Positions 1 through 12,394 of a stretch of 64,000 nucleotides of DNA are shown here, piece after piece. This stretch comes from Azolla caroliniana (taxonomy: Eukaryota; Plantae; Polypodiophyta), in assembly GCA_043228905.1 (NCBI GenBank), contig JBHGNT010000012.1, positions 9,176,001 to 9,240,000 on the forward strand. Direction: 5' to 3'. Position numbers and translations under genes: made by a program. Below the pieces are notes generated by a model, which worked only from the letters and a program-made list of their open reading frames with translations, did no database searches and was not told the DNA's origin. How positions within the stretch are numbered: position 1 is the first letter of the stretch; every line of letters starts with the position of its first letter.

Positions 1-253
1 TTAATGAACCAATGACTGAGAAGTTCTATATTAAATATGGGTGCCATTAATTAACCAATGATTTTAACTTTAATCCAACATATTTATGGCTTGGTAATGA
101 TTGTAATTATATTATACTTGATTTAACTTCATATAGACCTAGTTTAAGTAATTATTGATATTTTAAATACAATTATTATATTAACAATAATATATTTTAT
201 GTATTGTATTAATATAATATTAAATAATATAGACATTATATTGAGGAAGCTTT

Positions 254-303
254 TGTTTAGAGAGGAGTTTATGTTTAGAGAGGAGTATATGTTTAGAGAG
301 GAG
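254..303. repeat. 18-bp tandem repeat x3 upstream of transposase
   Basis: Three copies of TGTTTAGAGAGGAG at an 18-bp period. Confidence 0.8.
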
Positions 304-366
304 CTTATTAGTTTTTTTCCATAGCCTAAACACATAACTTTAAGAGCCCTATCTAGACCTTAAGCC

Positions 367-3071
367 ATGAGTGAAGATTCACCGTTCTCGATTGAAGAAT
401 ATTGTTTGTCATCAAACTCATCGTTTTCTACTGAAGAGTATTGTTTGTCGACAGACTCACCATATTCTATCGAAGAGTATTGTCTGAGCTCATCTTCACC
501 TACAAGGAATGTAAGTAATGACACATGTGAAGAGTTCTCTATTGAAGAATACGATATTAATAAAGATACGAAGAATGAAGGTAGTTCCAATGAAACATCG
601 AATAACATTGGCGATGGTCACAACAAAGAATTGGATTGTAACAAGGTTACACCAACTTCTATTCAAGATGAGAAATCTGGAAGCCCTATGCATATTAGAA
701 GAATCCCACGAGGAATTCGTCTAGCTAGATTTAGTTTGGTGACATTAGATAAACAGATTGGATTTGATGTCAAAAAAATATGTTGTGCCCGTGGTTGTAT
801 GTCTATGATTGGAAAATCAAAGTTGCGAGAATTAAGGCGATACTATTTTTCGATGACTGGTGATGAGCAAGACACTTACCTCGGGTCACATATGCAACTA
901 GTATCTGACAAATGTACGGGGATCAAAGTATCATTCGAGTATTATATCTTCCATGCGCAACAGATACGCAGAGTCGCATTCAAAATTGCGTTATGTGTTA
1001 GTAACATGCGACTACATAGAGTACAACAAGGTTTATTTAGCGGGGATCAGATGCTCAATTGTAAAGAGGTTCCAAGTATGAAAGGTGCAATTGGAAGACA
1101 TGCTATTGGTTGGATGAAAAGTTACTTTCAGTTAAATTGTGAAGTAATGCCCACTACAGGTAGGATGCACCTTTCTGATATGGTGGGCTCACGTAATAAG
1201 TCTGTCACATATAGCCAATTCACAAGATTATGGAGAGCTTGGTTTTCAAATGTTATCATTCCACGTAAAGTACGCATGGGGTATTGCTCCATTTGTGCAA
1301 ATCTTAAAAGTTTGGCTAAAGGTACAAAGACATCAATGGAAAAGGATATGAATAAGAAGTTACTACAAGAGCATCGTGAGGCACAATCGTTAGAACGATA
1401 GAAGGCGATGCATCATAGAGAGAAGTGTTTGAAGAGCCCCGAACAATACATGTGGTTAATGATAGATGGCATGGACCAGAAGAAGACGTGCTTGCCGCAT
1501 ATGCGGAGGCTCACCAAAGATGTCAATGATGAGTGCCTTGTTCAAATGCACTTGGTGGGATGCTTGGCTTATAATAAGTCTGTTGGACCTCACGTCTTCA
1601 TTACATACCCCAATGTTCACAATGACCCTAACCTAACAGTTACAGTGATTCACCGAGTTTTGATGTCTTGGGGCCAACCTTTCCCCCCTATTCTATACAT
1701 TCAATTGGACAATACTGCTAGAGAGAACAAAAATTCAACTGTGTTTGGCTATTTAAGTATGTTGGTCAACCAAGGATTGTCTAGGAAAGTGAAAGTCAAT
1801 TTTCTTTTGGTTGGCCACACACATGACCATATAGATAAGATGTTTAGCACATTCTCCAGATAGTTGTCTCGGCATGATGCTTTCACATTACCTAAAATAT
1901 TTGATGTCATTTGTGATGCATATACACCATGCCCGAAAGTGTTACACTTGAAGGAGGTATATGACTTTAAGAGATATATATCAGATGGGGGTGGTGGGAA
2001 TGTTAAAGTGCTTGCCTAGTTAAACAATATAAGTTTCAATCACATTATTATGATAAAGAAAAATGGAATAAGTGGTTCTACACTTTTGTATGCTAAACAA
2101 TATTCATCTTCTATAACATGGGAACCTGAAGGTGGTTGCCAGTTATTACTTTGTATGCCGAGTACAATTGTCCATGGAGCTAAGCAAATGCCAATTGAGA
2201 AGAAAGGACAGTTGCAGAGTGACTTGGTATCGGAACAAAAACGGTCATGGGTCCATGCCTTAGGAGAAAAAAGAAAGCATATTGAGGCCACCAAGAAATA
2301 TGCCGCACAACAAGACACATCATGGTGGGATATATTTAATAGTGATCAGAAAGGAATTATAGACAATTGTGTATTTGGTGATAATTGGAATTTGGAAACG
2401 CCATTCACATGGTCGCTGCAACATGATCGTGTAAATAGAACTCCGGAGCAACCAGCAAATGCGATTAATGACAACTTGGACTATCCACAACAAAGAGACA
2501 TTTATGTGGGACCAAGGATGACCAAAGAAACCGAAGCTAGATGGCAAGGCAATTTGCAAGAGCTCACGACGGGGATGTTGATTACAACGCCGGCTGATGA
2601 GAACTCACATGCCACCAATTTTGGGTTGGTAAAATTCTAGAAGTGCTAATGCATGAAATAGAAAACACGATCAAGTCTATAAATGTTCATTGGTACAACA
2701 CTAGAAGTGCAAATGCTTTTACAGGTAAGTATACATTGGAGATGATTGAATGCCCAACAAGAAGGGGAGGTAGGAAGTGGAAGTGAAACATTCGTAACAC
2801 CTCGACCCTTGATATCTCTGATGTGGATATCATCGTGTACAACTTCACACTTACAAAAGCCGGACGATTAAGGAAGTCAACAATAGACATATTAAAAGAA
2901 AAATTACCAGGTCTACAAGGTGGCTCGAGTCAAAGGCAAACGAGATCTGCTACATATAATCTAGAGTCAAACCATTTGGGTTATGACGAAGATAATGCAC
3001 TGATTGGTACATCTGAGGATGACGAGGAGGAATTGTCATTGTATATTAGTTATAGTAGTGATTCTCCGTAA
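367..3071 (+). pseudogene. Decayed DNA transposase, Sola/DUF7869-like RNase H-fold (DDD)
   Basis: Collinear ORF pieces broken by stops and frameshifts. Motifs MIDGMDQ, QLDNTARENKN, FLLVGHTHDHIDKMFS, Cys motifs (CCARGC, CSICANL) and C-terminal FTLTKAGRLRKST. Family assignment is from motif recall; no TIRs seen. Confidence 0.7.
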
Positions 3072-3469
3072 AGGAGTGATCATGAATGTATTTTTGGCTA
3101 TTAAGTGTAACTACATTCCGCTTGTAACAAATCGAGCAATATAAAAGCATGTGTTTTGAATTCTTATGATTTCTAAAAAATCGTTTCTTATAAAATACCA
3201 TTGGTTGTAAAGTTTGTGATATAAATTGAGAATGTAACTTTTTGAAATTCCTCTTTTTTTAGTTACTTCTAAATCACGAAAATAGTGGATTTTTAACCTT
3301 TTTCATAGTATGTTTGAACATGTATGATACTGGTATCAATGTGTTTTGTAAAATCATTGAAAAAGCCCTAAAATCAACCAAAATTTTCCTTATCCTTCCA
3401 TTTATGCGCGATCCTTCCACTTGTGAATGCGAACATGTTTCTACCGTTAATCCCAAATCTTTTGGAATG

Positions 3470-6058
3470 TCTAAGTGGAGCAAAATATTTCATAAAATTA
3501 GACCTTCACGGTGCATATAATCTAGTTCGGATTCGCCCAGGGGATGCACTTGCTATGGAAATTTTGAGTATATTGTGATGTCATTCGGTCTCACGAATGC
3601 ACCTGCAATTTTCCAACATATGGCGAATGATATTTTTCGAGATTTTCTCGATATCTTCACTTTAGTTTACCTGGATGATATTCTAATCTACTCGAGCACC
3701 CAAGAGGAGCATGATGAACATGTTCATTAGGTACAACGTCGACTCCGAGAATATGGTCTCTACGCAAAATTAGGAAAGTGTAGTTTCGGTCAGAATGAAG
3801 TGGAATTTTTGGGGTATGTTGTATCATTAGATGGTATTGCTATGGATCCCATGCGGGTACAAGAAATTTTAGAGTGGCAAACACCCCTTTCAGTGCGCGA
3901 TGTGCAATGTTTTCTTGGGTTTGCAAATTTTTATCGAAAATTTATTAAAGATTATTCCAAGGTCGTGCTTCCGCTCACTCAACTCACACACAAATATCAG
4001 CCATTTATATGGAATTTAGATGTTGCTGAAGGATTCAAAAGCTTAAAACAAGCATTTACAACGGCACCTATCTTAACACATGTCGACCCAACTAAAAGCT
4101 TTGTCCTTGAAGCCGATGCATCCGATTTTGCACTAAGGAGTGTCCTATTGCAGACTGGAGATGATGGACAACTACACCCTATCGCCTTTTGGATTCCTGA
4201 AAGTTTGAAGCTATAGAGGTCAACTACGAGATCCATGACAAAGAACTTCTTGCAATTGCGAATTGTTTTCAACAATGGTGACATTTTGTGGAAGGTTCCT
4301 CTCAGCTAATCATTGTTTACAACGATCATAACAACTTGACATATTTTCAAAATGCTTGAGTTTTGAGTCAGCAACAAGTATAGTGGGAGCAATTTTTGAC
4401 TCACTTTGACTTTGTCATCATATATCGCCCTAGGATGCAATAAGGCATAGAAGATGCTCTTTCTCAACGCTCTTATATGGAACTTCGTGCAGAGGAACCA
4501 GCATTCGAGCATCAAAAACAAATCCTTTTGGGTCCTAATTGCCTACGATTAATGGTAGTTAATGCCATAATAACGCTTGAAGATTCCACTCTTCTTGATT
4601 CCATTCAAGATCATATGGCCACTAATGACTTCACCAAGGATTTTTTGGATCATATCGTCCCGGATTATGCTTCTTGCTCACCGCCAAAAAACTCTCGTAA
4701 TGACTATCGTCAGTTCTATTGGCATGGTGGTTTTCTGTTTCGGCAAAACCTATTGTATGTTCCTGATGGTCCCCCACGATTACAAGTTTTACAACATTTC
4801 CATGATTCACCAATGGCTGGTCATTTTGAAGTTCGCAAAACTCTAAAACTAATTTCTCGACACTATTGGTGGCCTCGCCTTCGTCTTTTTGTTGAGGAGT
4901 ATGTTTGTAGTTGTGATATATGTTGTTGATCAAAGAGTCCTCGACACCGATCTTATGGCTTACTACAACCACTTCGCATTCCGGAAAATCCTTGGAAGTC
5001 TATATCCTTGGATTTCATTACTGATCCCCCAGTTTCTCACCATGGTGGATCGACTTACCAAAATGGCACACTTCTTGCCATGTAGGAAATCTATTACTAG
5101 TCAAGAGGTGGTCGATCTCGTTATGCAGGAGGTATTTAGGCATCATGGTTTTCCGGATGATATTATTAGTGATCGTGTCCACAATTCATCTCAAAGTTTT
5201 GGAAGCACATGTTCAAAGCTTTCTTCGGGCTATCATCATGAGACTAATGGTCAAACTGAGCGTACCAACCAGACTTTGGAGCAATATCCTCGTTGTTTCA
5301 TCAATTATCAACAAGATGATTGGGTTGATTTTTTGCACTTGGCTGAATTCTCTTACAACAACTCATCCCATTCTTCTACAAGATATTCCCCATTTTTCAC
5401 AAATACGGGTTGTCATCCTCCGTGGACGACGAATGTGCATCCACACGTTCCTACCAACCCTCTTGTTGAGGATCATCTTAGTCGCCTCCAAGAAATTCAC
5501 ACTACACCTTTCCACAATTTGCATGATGCTCAAATTACACACAAGAGGCTTGCAGATCATTATCCCCTAGACTCCTCAAAAAAGTTCCGCGTTGGGGATC
5601 ATGTATGGCTTCTCCAACACAACATCAAGACCACTCGGCCTTGTAGTAAATTGGATTACCAAAGTTTTGGCCCTTACATGATCACTGGTAAGATAAGTGA
5701 TGTTGTGTTTCGTCTTGGCCTCCCTCCGCACATGCGTTTTCATCCGGTGTTTCATGTATCCCTTTTGGAACCTTATACTAGAAGTTCAATTCTGGGCGGT
5801 CTTACGACACCCCCACCACCCATTGAGTTCTTGGATGGACCGGAATTTGAGATTGATGCCATTCTCGGTTCTAAAATCGTGCGTAACAATGTATTACTTG
5901 GTCGATTGGCTAGGCTATACCCCCAATGATCGAACTTGGGAACCTGTCGCAAATATTTCCAATGTTGGGGATATGGTCACTGCATTTCATCACCCAAATC
6001 CTCGTAAACTAGGTCCTAATACAAACCCTACGACCCTGTCGTCGAAGAAGGGGGATAG
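3470..6058 (+). pseudogene. pol: Tcn1-type Gypsy element A: 5'-truncated pol (RT-RH-INT-chromodomain)
   Basis: YLDD RT region, EADASDFA RNase H, HDSPMAGHF..C..C integrase zinc finger, GPY and YYLVDWLGY..TWEP chromodomain; many stops and frameshifts; PPT AAGAAGGGGGATAG ending at 6058. Confidence 0.92.
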
Positions 6059-6455
6059 TGTCATGATGACACTCACATCATGCCTCAAAAGGACGTGAAC
6101 CCACGACCTTGTTGTACACATGTCAAATCCTTAACCATTGTATTAATATTCTTATATGTATAGTTTTTAGAATATATAATCTAATATCATAGGAATATTC
6201 AATATTACTCTACATTCTAGAATAACCTAGAATATTCTAGAGTGTTCTATACACTAGAACCTTTTGGAATACTCTAGAAACCTTCTAGATTACTCTACAT
6301 TCTAGGATGACCTAGAATGAGCTAGAGTGTTCTCTATTACTTATAAATAGGGATCTATCAATCATCCCAAACCTAAATTGGTTTAATGCCATTTTGTAGC
6401 ACTCTATTGCCTACTCCTTGTAATCAATTTTACTCTGCAATACAATATTTCCCTT

Positions 6456-6500
<45 letters not shown>
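6059..6500 (+). repeat. 3' LTR of element A (right end truncated)
   Basis: Starts TGTCA directly after the PPT; TATAAATA near 6342; (CT)n tract 6460-6497; joined to an inverted gag fragment. Confidence 0.8.
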
Positions 6501-6968
6501 CTTGAGGAGCCAATTATCACACCATATTGTTCGGCTAATAGCTTTTGTAAGGGATTTTGGATCCTCAGGGAAGGTAAGAAGTAAATCTTTTACATCTCCA
6601 TGGAGGTCCGAATGAAACTACTCCATTAGGGCTTTTTGAGCGTCGGTCCGAGCGACAACAACAACCACCAAGACCAAGATTTATGTCAACTTATGCATTA
6701 GTGATGGCACAATCTTGATGGCAACAATATAGCCTCGTCCCAACTCCACTGCAAGCACGTGGCCCAACACCAATGGATAGCCCATCACTGATGGAGATTG
6801 ATATGACCCGGCGACCAAGACCGTTATCAGATGAAGAGAAACAACGTCGTTGAGCAAATCGACTATGCTTATATTGTGGAGGTCCAGGACAATTGCCATT
6901 CATTGCCCACACAGACCGAGACGTCAGGTACATCACATTAACTACGATAATAGAAATGAGTCTAGCAT

Positions 6969-7549
6969 TGTTAAGCCCTTGGATAACACCAAGACCAGTT
7001 GTGAAGAAGAGCACATCAACAAGGACACAATATGGTTAAAGGACCTACGAAGAGGGAATGACAAGAGGAAAGAGGGCTAAAGGACATCGGAGTGTGAAAG
7101 GCCCATACCCTAAACGTGAAAGCTATATAAACCACATAGTAGTGGCTTTGTGGGGGTTCTCCCATTTGTAAAGATCTCCTATTGATTAGAGCTAGAGCTT
7201 CCTCTCCTCTTTCTTGTAAACCTTTGAGCTTAAGAGAGATTAGTGAAGTGTTGAGTTAGAGAACACTAATCTCTCTCCTTGTTGGTGCTAGACCTCTTAG
7301 GAAAGAGGGTTAATAATAGACATACTCTTGCTTCTTATTGTCTATACTATTGATCTATTGTTTATGAGAGAGAGCTTGAGAGAGTGAGAGAGATATCGTG
7401 CTTAATCATTTACTAATCGTTGAGTGAGTGTGAGGCTCGGAGGTATCCGACAACCATTTCCGCCCGATTCACCATCAAGAGGGTATACGCCGGTCCGAAT
7501 CCCGCACGACATCGAGGAGCTTACTCCATCGATACATAGATCCTTAACA
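6969..7549 (+). repeat. 5' LTR of Athila-like element
   Basis: TGTTAAG...CTTAACA termini; direct repeat at 11814-12394. Confidence 0.95.
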
Positions 7550-7555
7550 TCTATT

Positions 7556-7573
7556 TGGCGCCGCTACCGGGGA
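7556..7573 (+). promoter_or_regulatory. Primer binding site, tRNA-Asp type
   Basis: TGGCGCCGCTACCGGGGA 6 nt after the LTR; 2 mismatches to the Athila-type PBS TGGCGCCGTTGCCGGGGA. Confidence 0.85.
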
Positions 7574-7679
7574 TACGACCGACGCTTTAAGCCTATTTCG
7601 AGTAGTCGAAAACTCGAAGGCAACCCACTTAACGAAGGAAGAAATCAAAAGAGAACCACTATTTTCAGTTTTTCTTGCT

Positions 7680-7966
7680 ATTTCATAGTTTAATTAAAGT
7701 CGATTTTCTGTTTTTCTCACTATTGCATAGTTTAATTAAGTTGATTTTGTGTTTTTCTCACTAATTCATAGTTTAATTAAGTTGATTTTCTGTTTTTTCT
7801 CACTAATTCATAGTTTAATTAAGTTGATTTTTTGTTTTTTTCTCACTAACTCATAGTTTAATTAAGTTGATTTTTTGTTTTTTCTCACTAACTCATAGTT
7901 TAATTAAGTTGATTTTCTGTTTTTTCTCACTAATTCATAGTTTAATTAAGTTGATTTTCTGTTTTT
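7680..7966. repeat. ~42-bp AT-rich tandem array, ~7 copies
   Basis: Unit TTGATTTTCTGTTTTTTCTCACTAATTCATAGTTTAATTAAG. Confidence 0.95.
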
Positions 7967-8198
7967 TAAAAGGAAGTTTTGAACTACCCCCTCTTAATCG
8001 CCCGGACATCAACAAGCTATTTGTTCGGTTAACACTAAACATTGTGGAGATTGAGCCGTTAAAGGGCAAGCATAACCACCGCGATTCTCGTGGATTACTA
8101 TCATCCCACGAGACACAAAACGACCATTGGCGCCAAAAAAATTCAAATTTCCCACGCAAAGTTCGTCGAAAGAACAGAGTTCGATAAGAGAAGCATCC

Positions 8199-8835
8199 TT
8201 CGACGAAGGTTCACATCATTCGACGAAGGTTCATCATTCGACGAAGGTTCACATCATTCGACGAAGGTTCATCATTCGACAAAGGTTCATCATTTGATGA
8301 ACCCTCATCATTCGACGAAGGTTCACATCATTCGACGAAGGTTCAGATCATCCGACGAAGGTTCATCATTCGACGAACCCTCATCATTCGACGAAGGTTC
8401 ATCCTTCGACGAACCCTCATCATTCGACGAAGGTTCATCCTTCGACGAACCTTCATCATTCGACGAAGGTTCATCCTTCGAGGAACCCTCATCATTCGCC
8501 GAACCCTCATCATTCGACGAACCCTCATCATTCGACGAACCCTCATCATTCGACGAAGGTTCATCCTTCGACGAACCCTCATCATTCGACGAAGGTTCAT
8601 CTTTCGACGAACCCTCATCATTCGACGAAGGTTGATCATTCGACGAACCTTCACCATTCGACGAAGGTTCATCATTCGACGAAGGTTAATCATTCGTTGC
8701 CGAAGGTTAATCATTCGTCGACGAAGGTTCATCATTCGACGAACCCTCATCATTCGACGAAGGTTCATCCTTTGACGAACCCTCATCATTCGACGAAGGT
8801 TCATCCTTTGACGAACCCTCATCATTCGACGAAAG
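8199..8835. repeat. 18-bp minisatellite, ~35 copies, two unit types
   Basis: TTCGACGAAGGTTCATCA and TTCGACGAACCCTCATCA units interspersed. Confidence 0.95.
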
Positions 8836-8895
8836 ATTCAAAGTTCAACGAAAGATTTAAAGTTCGACGAACCTACAAAAGCTTGACAAGAAAAC

Positions 8896-11485
8896 ATGGC
8901 CGGATCCTCATGGACAGAGATGTTCAAAACCCGACCCACACGCCAGGAGGAGTCCACCCAAACCAACCAAACACACGATGTTGACCCACCTAACCCAACT
9001 CGGTACCACGGAGGGTGGCTAACTCCGGGAATGCTACCAAATATGAACCTCCCATCGAGCCTAGGAACTAAAGCACCTCTCACCACACCCTCACTACAGG
9101 AGAGCCCAATGGCATACCCACTCAACATAGAGCGACACATACGGGATGCCGCACAGGAGTTACGAGTGATAGAACAAGAAATCAATATATGGGCAGTACA
9201 ACCGGAAAGCATCACCCGAGATATCGAAGCCGTTTTGGCAGAAAGGAAAGACAGATTCGCACAAGTGCAACAAAAACTTCACATACGCCGCACGAAAAGC
9301 CTACACCATCATTGTATCCCGAGTGACAAGATGTCAGATGACAAATTGATGAGCCGCTTCATCAATGGGTTGTTCGATCCGACGCTGCAAAACTTCCTGA
9401 TTGCCAAGATGTGTCGGTCGTTCACTGAAGCTTGCACGGTAGTGATGACCTTTGAGGATTCAATGAGCGGGTTACGGATACCCACTCAAGCGCCTACGAA
9501 CAACCGTGAGAAGCCCTCGGACCCTACTCTACCGATGCCACCGAGACCACCCCATATAGAAAGACCCCAAGCATACACCCAAAGAGAATATGTAAGGTGT
9601 ACAGTATGCCATGGCCATCACACAGGGCATGAGTGCCCCCTCCTCCACCAATGATGACCGCAATACTGTAAGTGGTGCAAAGCTTTCGTGATGCATTCTC
9701 AAGAGAACTGTTGGCAAGCCCCAAACGGAAGGTATAGCCAAACACCAATGGTAGAGCACCCACGCTCACCTCCATCGTCAAGCCGCCCACAACTACCAGC
9801 AATACTTCCCCAACAACCCCCACTACCGCGTATCGGCACTCACCTCGCTGAACTAGAATATACCACCGATAACCAAACTCAGGTTGGAGGGGCCACCCCC
9901 GAATATGAAGCATACTAGGGGTATGGTGTTGAAGAAGAGGTGCTTTCCCACTTTGTTGACTTCGAAGGTGAGCAAATACCGGTCTACGTCTTGAGAGGAG
10001 AACAACAAGGGCCGTCGACAGGATATCACAACAATAGTGGTCTAAGGAGGCCAAAATTGAAATGTTTCAATTGCCAAGGCCCACACATGGTTAGCGAGTG
10101 CCCAACCAAACATGAATACTACAACCCGATGGCACAACGACCACGAGACCCCTCACTCGAAACAACCCCACAACCACCAGTGCAAAGTCTCACTCAACAG
10201 TCACAAGACGTTATCGAGTGGTTCCAAAGCGAAGCATCATGCCTAGGGTGTGGTAAAGATCACTTAGTACCTGATTGCCTAGAAAAAAAGAAAAGTATTG
10301 GCGCAAACTTGTTATCTATCGTACCATCAACGGTTGGCGCCAACGTCATCACACAAGCTCAAAGAATAGCTCATAACTTAAAGTGTCACAACCAAGGCCT
10401 CCCCACGACTATGCGTAAGAGATGAAAATCCAAAAAAAATGCATCCATGCAGGCCTCAAAGCAAGAACAAGAACCGGAGGGAGATGTAGAAACCATACCC
10501 GTCAACCCTAACCAAGAGCTGTCGGCACACCTAGCAGCATACCCAAACCCAGTAGCTGAAAAACAAAAGGTCGAAGAGTACATCAAACTCATCCGACACG
10601 AACAGTGCGAAAGATCGCTTAGTCTTCCGAGCCTAAACTTCGACCAACTCGAAGAGTGGGTAAATCCTGCACCCCAACACACGGGTACACCCCCCCTCGT
10701 CGTTACACCAACCGACACTCCCATCTCCCAATCTACCCCAATCAAAGAAGTCAACACAATCTTGCTCCAACAAATATTAAATTTGAAATTACGACTCACA
10801 TTACGTGAAGTACAGAGCTACACTGGCACCTTCGTGACTGACAACCCCCAACTACAACCTATACTCGCCAAGGAAATAGAGTTCACACTTGAAGAGCTGC
10901 TCCAACTCGACATCCAACCATGGCACGATGTCCATCGGGGTCTCAATGGAGGCCTGCCAACGGGTTATGGAGAAAAGATAGACACACTCATCCCTCATAC
11001 GACCTCTAACGACGGTGATCGACACTAGAGCATCACCAACCCTTTTCTCCTTCGAAACGTGGGAACATCTAGGTTCCCCAAACCTCGAAGTATGCAACGA
11101 TAAATTCCTTGGCTTCGATTGTTCTACATCGCCCTGCCTCGGAACCTTCGTGTGTAACATCAAGACAAAATATAGTGACCACTCAATTCGCGTTTGGGTC
11201 CTCCCACCAAAAGTGTTGTACACCCCATGCCTCCTCGGTTTGGATTGGTGTCACATAAGCAAATGTCTCCTGTCGCCAAGCAAGAACATCATCTCCTTCC
11301 AAACTGCAAATGGTGTGAGGTCCGAGAAACTTGTTACCACAACTCTTGAATCACGCCCCACCGATGTCGACAAACTCAAGAGCGCAACCCACCCAACCAA
11401 AAAGAACGCACACAACCACCAGCCACCCACGGCTAGAGAAACGCTAACATTGGAACAAAGACATCTCTGCCATGCAAATGGGTGA
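8896..11485 (+). pseudogene. gag: gag-protease of Athila-like non-autonomous element
   Basis: Capsid-like RFINGL segment, four Cys/His knuckles, aspartic protease MIDTRAS...CLLGLDW; stops and frameshifts. Confidence 0.75.
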
Positions 11486-11813
11486 ACGTCCACGCAACTT
11501 TCACCAAAGGACCACGCCACGGAGAACGTGCTATTTGGTGAGTCAGAAAAGAACTCACAAACGCCCAAGGTTGGCACAAAGGTGCCACTAGCTTCTGGGT
11601 CCCGAAATGAAGCCGACTGCCCACCCACGACTATACCACGATTGCACGGGACACTCGACAACTGCACACATCGACCAAATACCCCGCCCAGGTTAAGGCC
11701 ATAGGCCCCAACCGGACTTGGCAACTAAGAGTCTGAATGCCCCATAGAACTACCACTCGAAGCTCCCCTCCCATAGTGCACCCGAGAGTGTGCACTCATT
11801 AGGTCTGGGGGGA

Positions 11814-12394
11814 TGTTAAGCCCTTGGATAACACCATGAATAGTTGTGAAGAAGAGCGCATCAACAAGGACACAATATGGTTAAAGGACCTACGAAGAGG
11901 GAATGACAAGAGGAAAGAGGGCTAAAGGACATCGGAGTGTGAAAGGCCCATACCCTAAACGTGAAAGCTATATAAACCACATAGTAGTGGCTTTGTGGGG
12001 GTTCTCCCATTTGTAAAGATCTCCTATTGATTAGAGCTAGAGCTTCCTCTCCTCTTTCTTGTAAACCTTTGAGCTTAAGAGAGATTAGTGAAGTGTTGAG
12101 TTAGAGAACACTAATCTCTCTCCTTGTTGGTGCTAGACCTCTTAGGAAAGAGGGTTAATAATAGACATACTCTTGCTTCTTATTGTCTATACTATTGATC
12201 TATTGTTTATGAGAGAGAGCTTGAGAGAGTGAGAGAGATATCGTGCTTAATCATTTACTAATCGTTGAGTGAGTGTGAGGCTCAGAGGTATCCGACAACC
12301 ATTTCCGCCTGATTCGCCATCAAGAAGGTATACGCCGGTCCGAATCCCGCACGACATCGAGGAGCTTACTCCATCGATACATATATCCTTAACA
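11814..12394 (+). repeat. 3' LTR of Athila-like element
   Basis: Direct repeat of 6969-7549, followed by TSD AGCAT. Confidence 0.95.

Larger units (their letters stand above)
6969..12394 (+). mobile_element. Non-autonomous Athila-like LTR element (Gag + protease only)
   Basis: 581-bp TG..CA LTRs at 6969-7549 and 11814-12394, near identical; TSD AGCAT; PBS TGGCGCCGCTACCGGGGA (tRNA-Asp type); G-rich PPT before 11814; no RT, RH or INT. Confidence 0.93.

Noticed and set aside
3274-3520. Short ORFs between the transposase and RT
   Set aside because: AT-rich junction sequence without recognisable homology.
6512-6521. ATTATCACA as the right end of LTR A
   Set aside because: It belongs to the inverted gag fragment (CDN codons on the minus strand).
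8090-8825. Repetitive ORFs (SSFDEG/SSFDEP; RRMMRV)
   Set aside because: By-products of a repeat whose length is a multiple of 3; interrupted and not continuous with gag.
8199-8835. CRISPR-like array
   Set aside because: No unique spacers, the period is only 18 bp, no cas genes, and it lies inside a eukaryotic LTR element.
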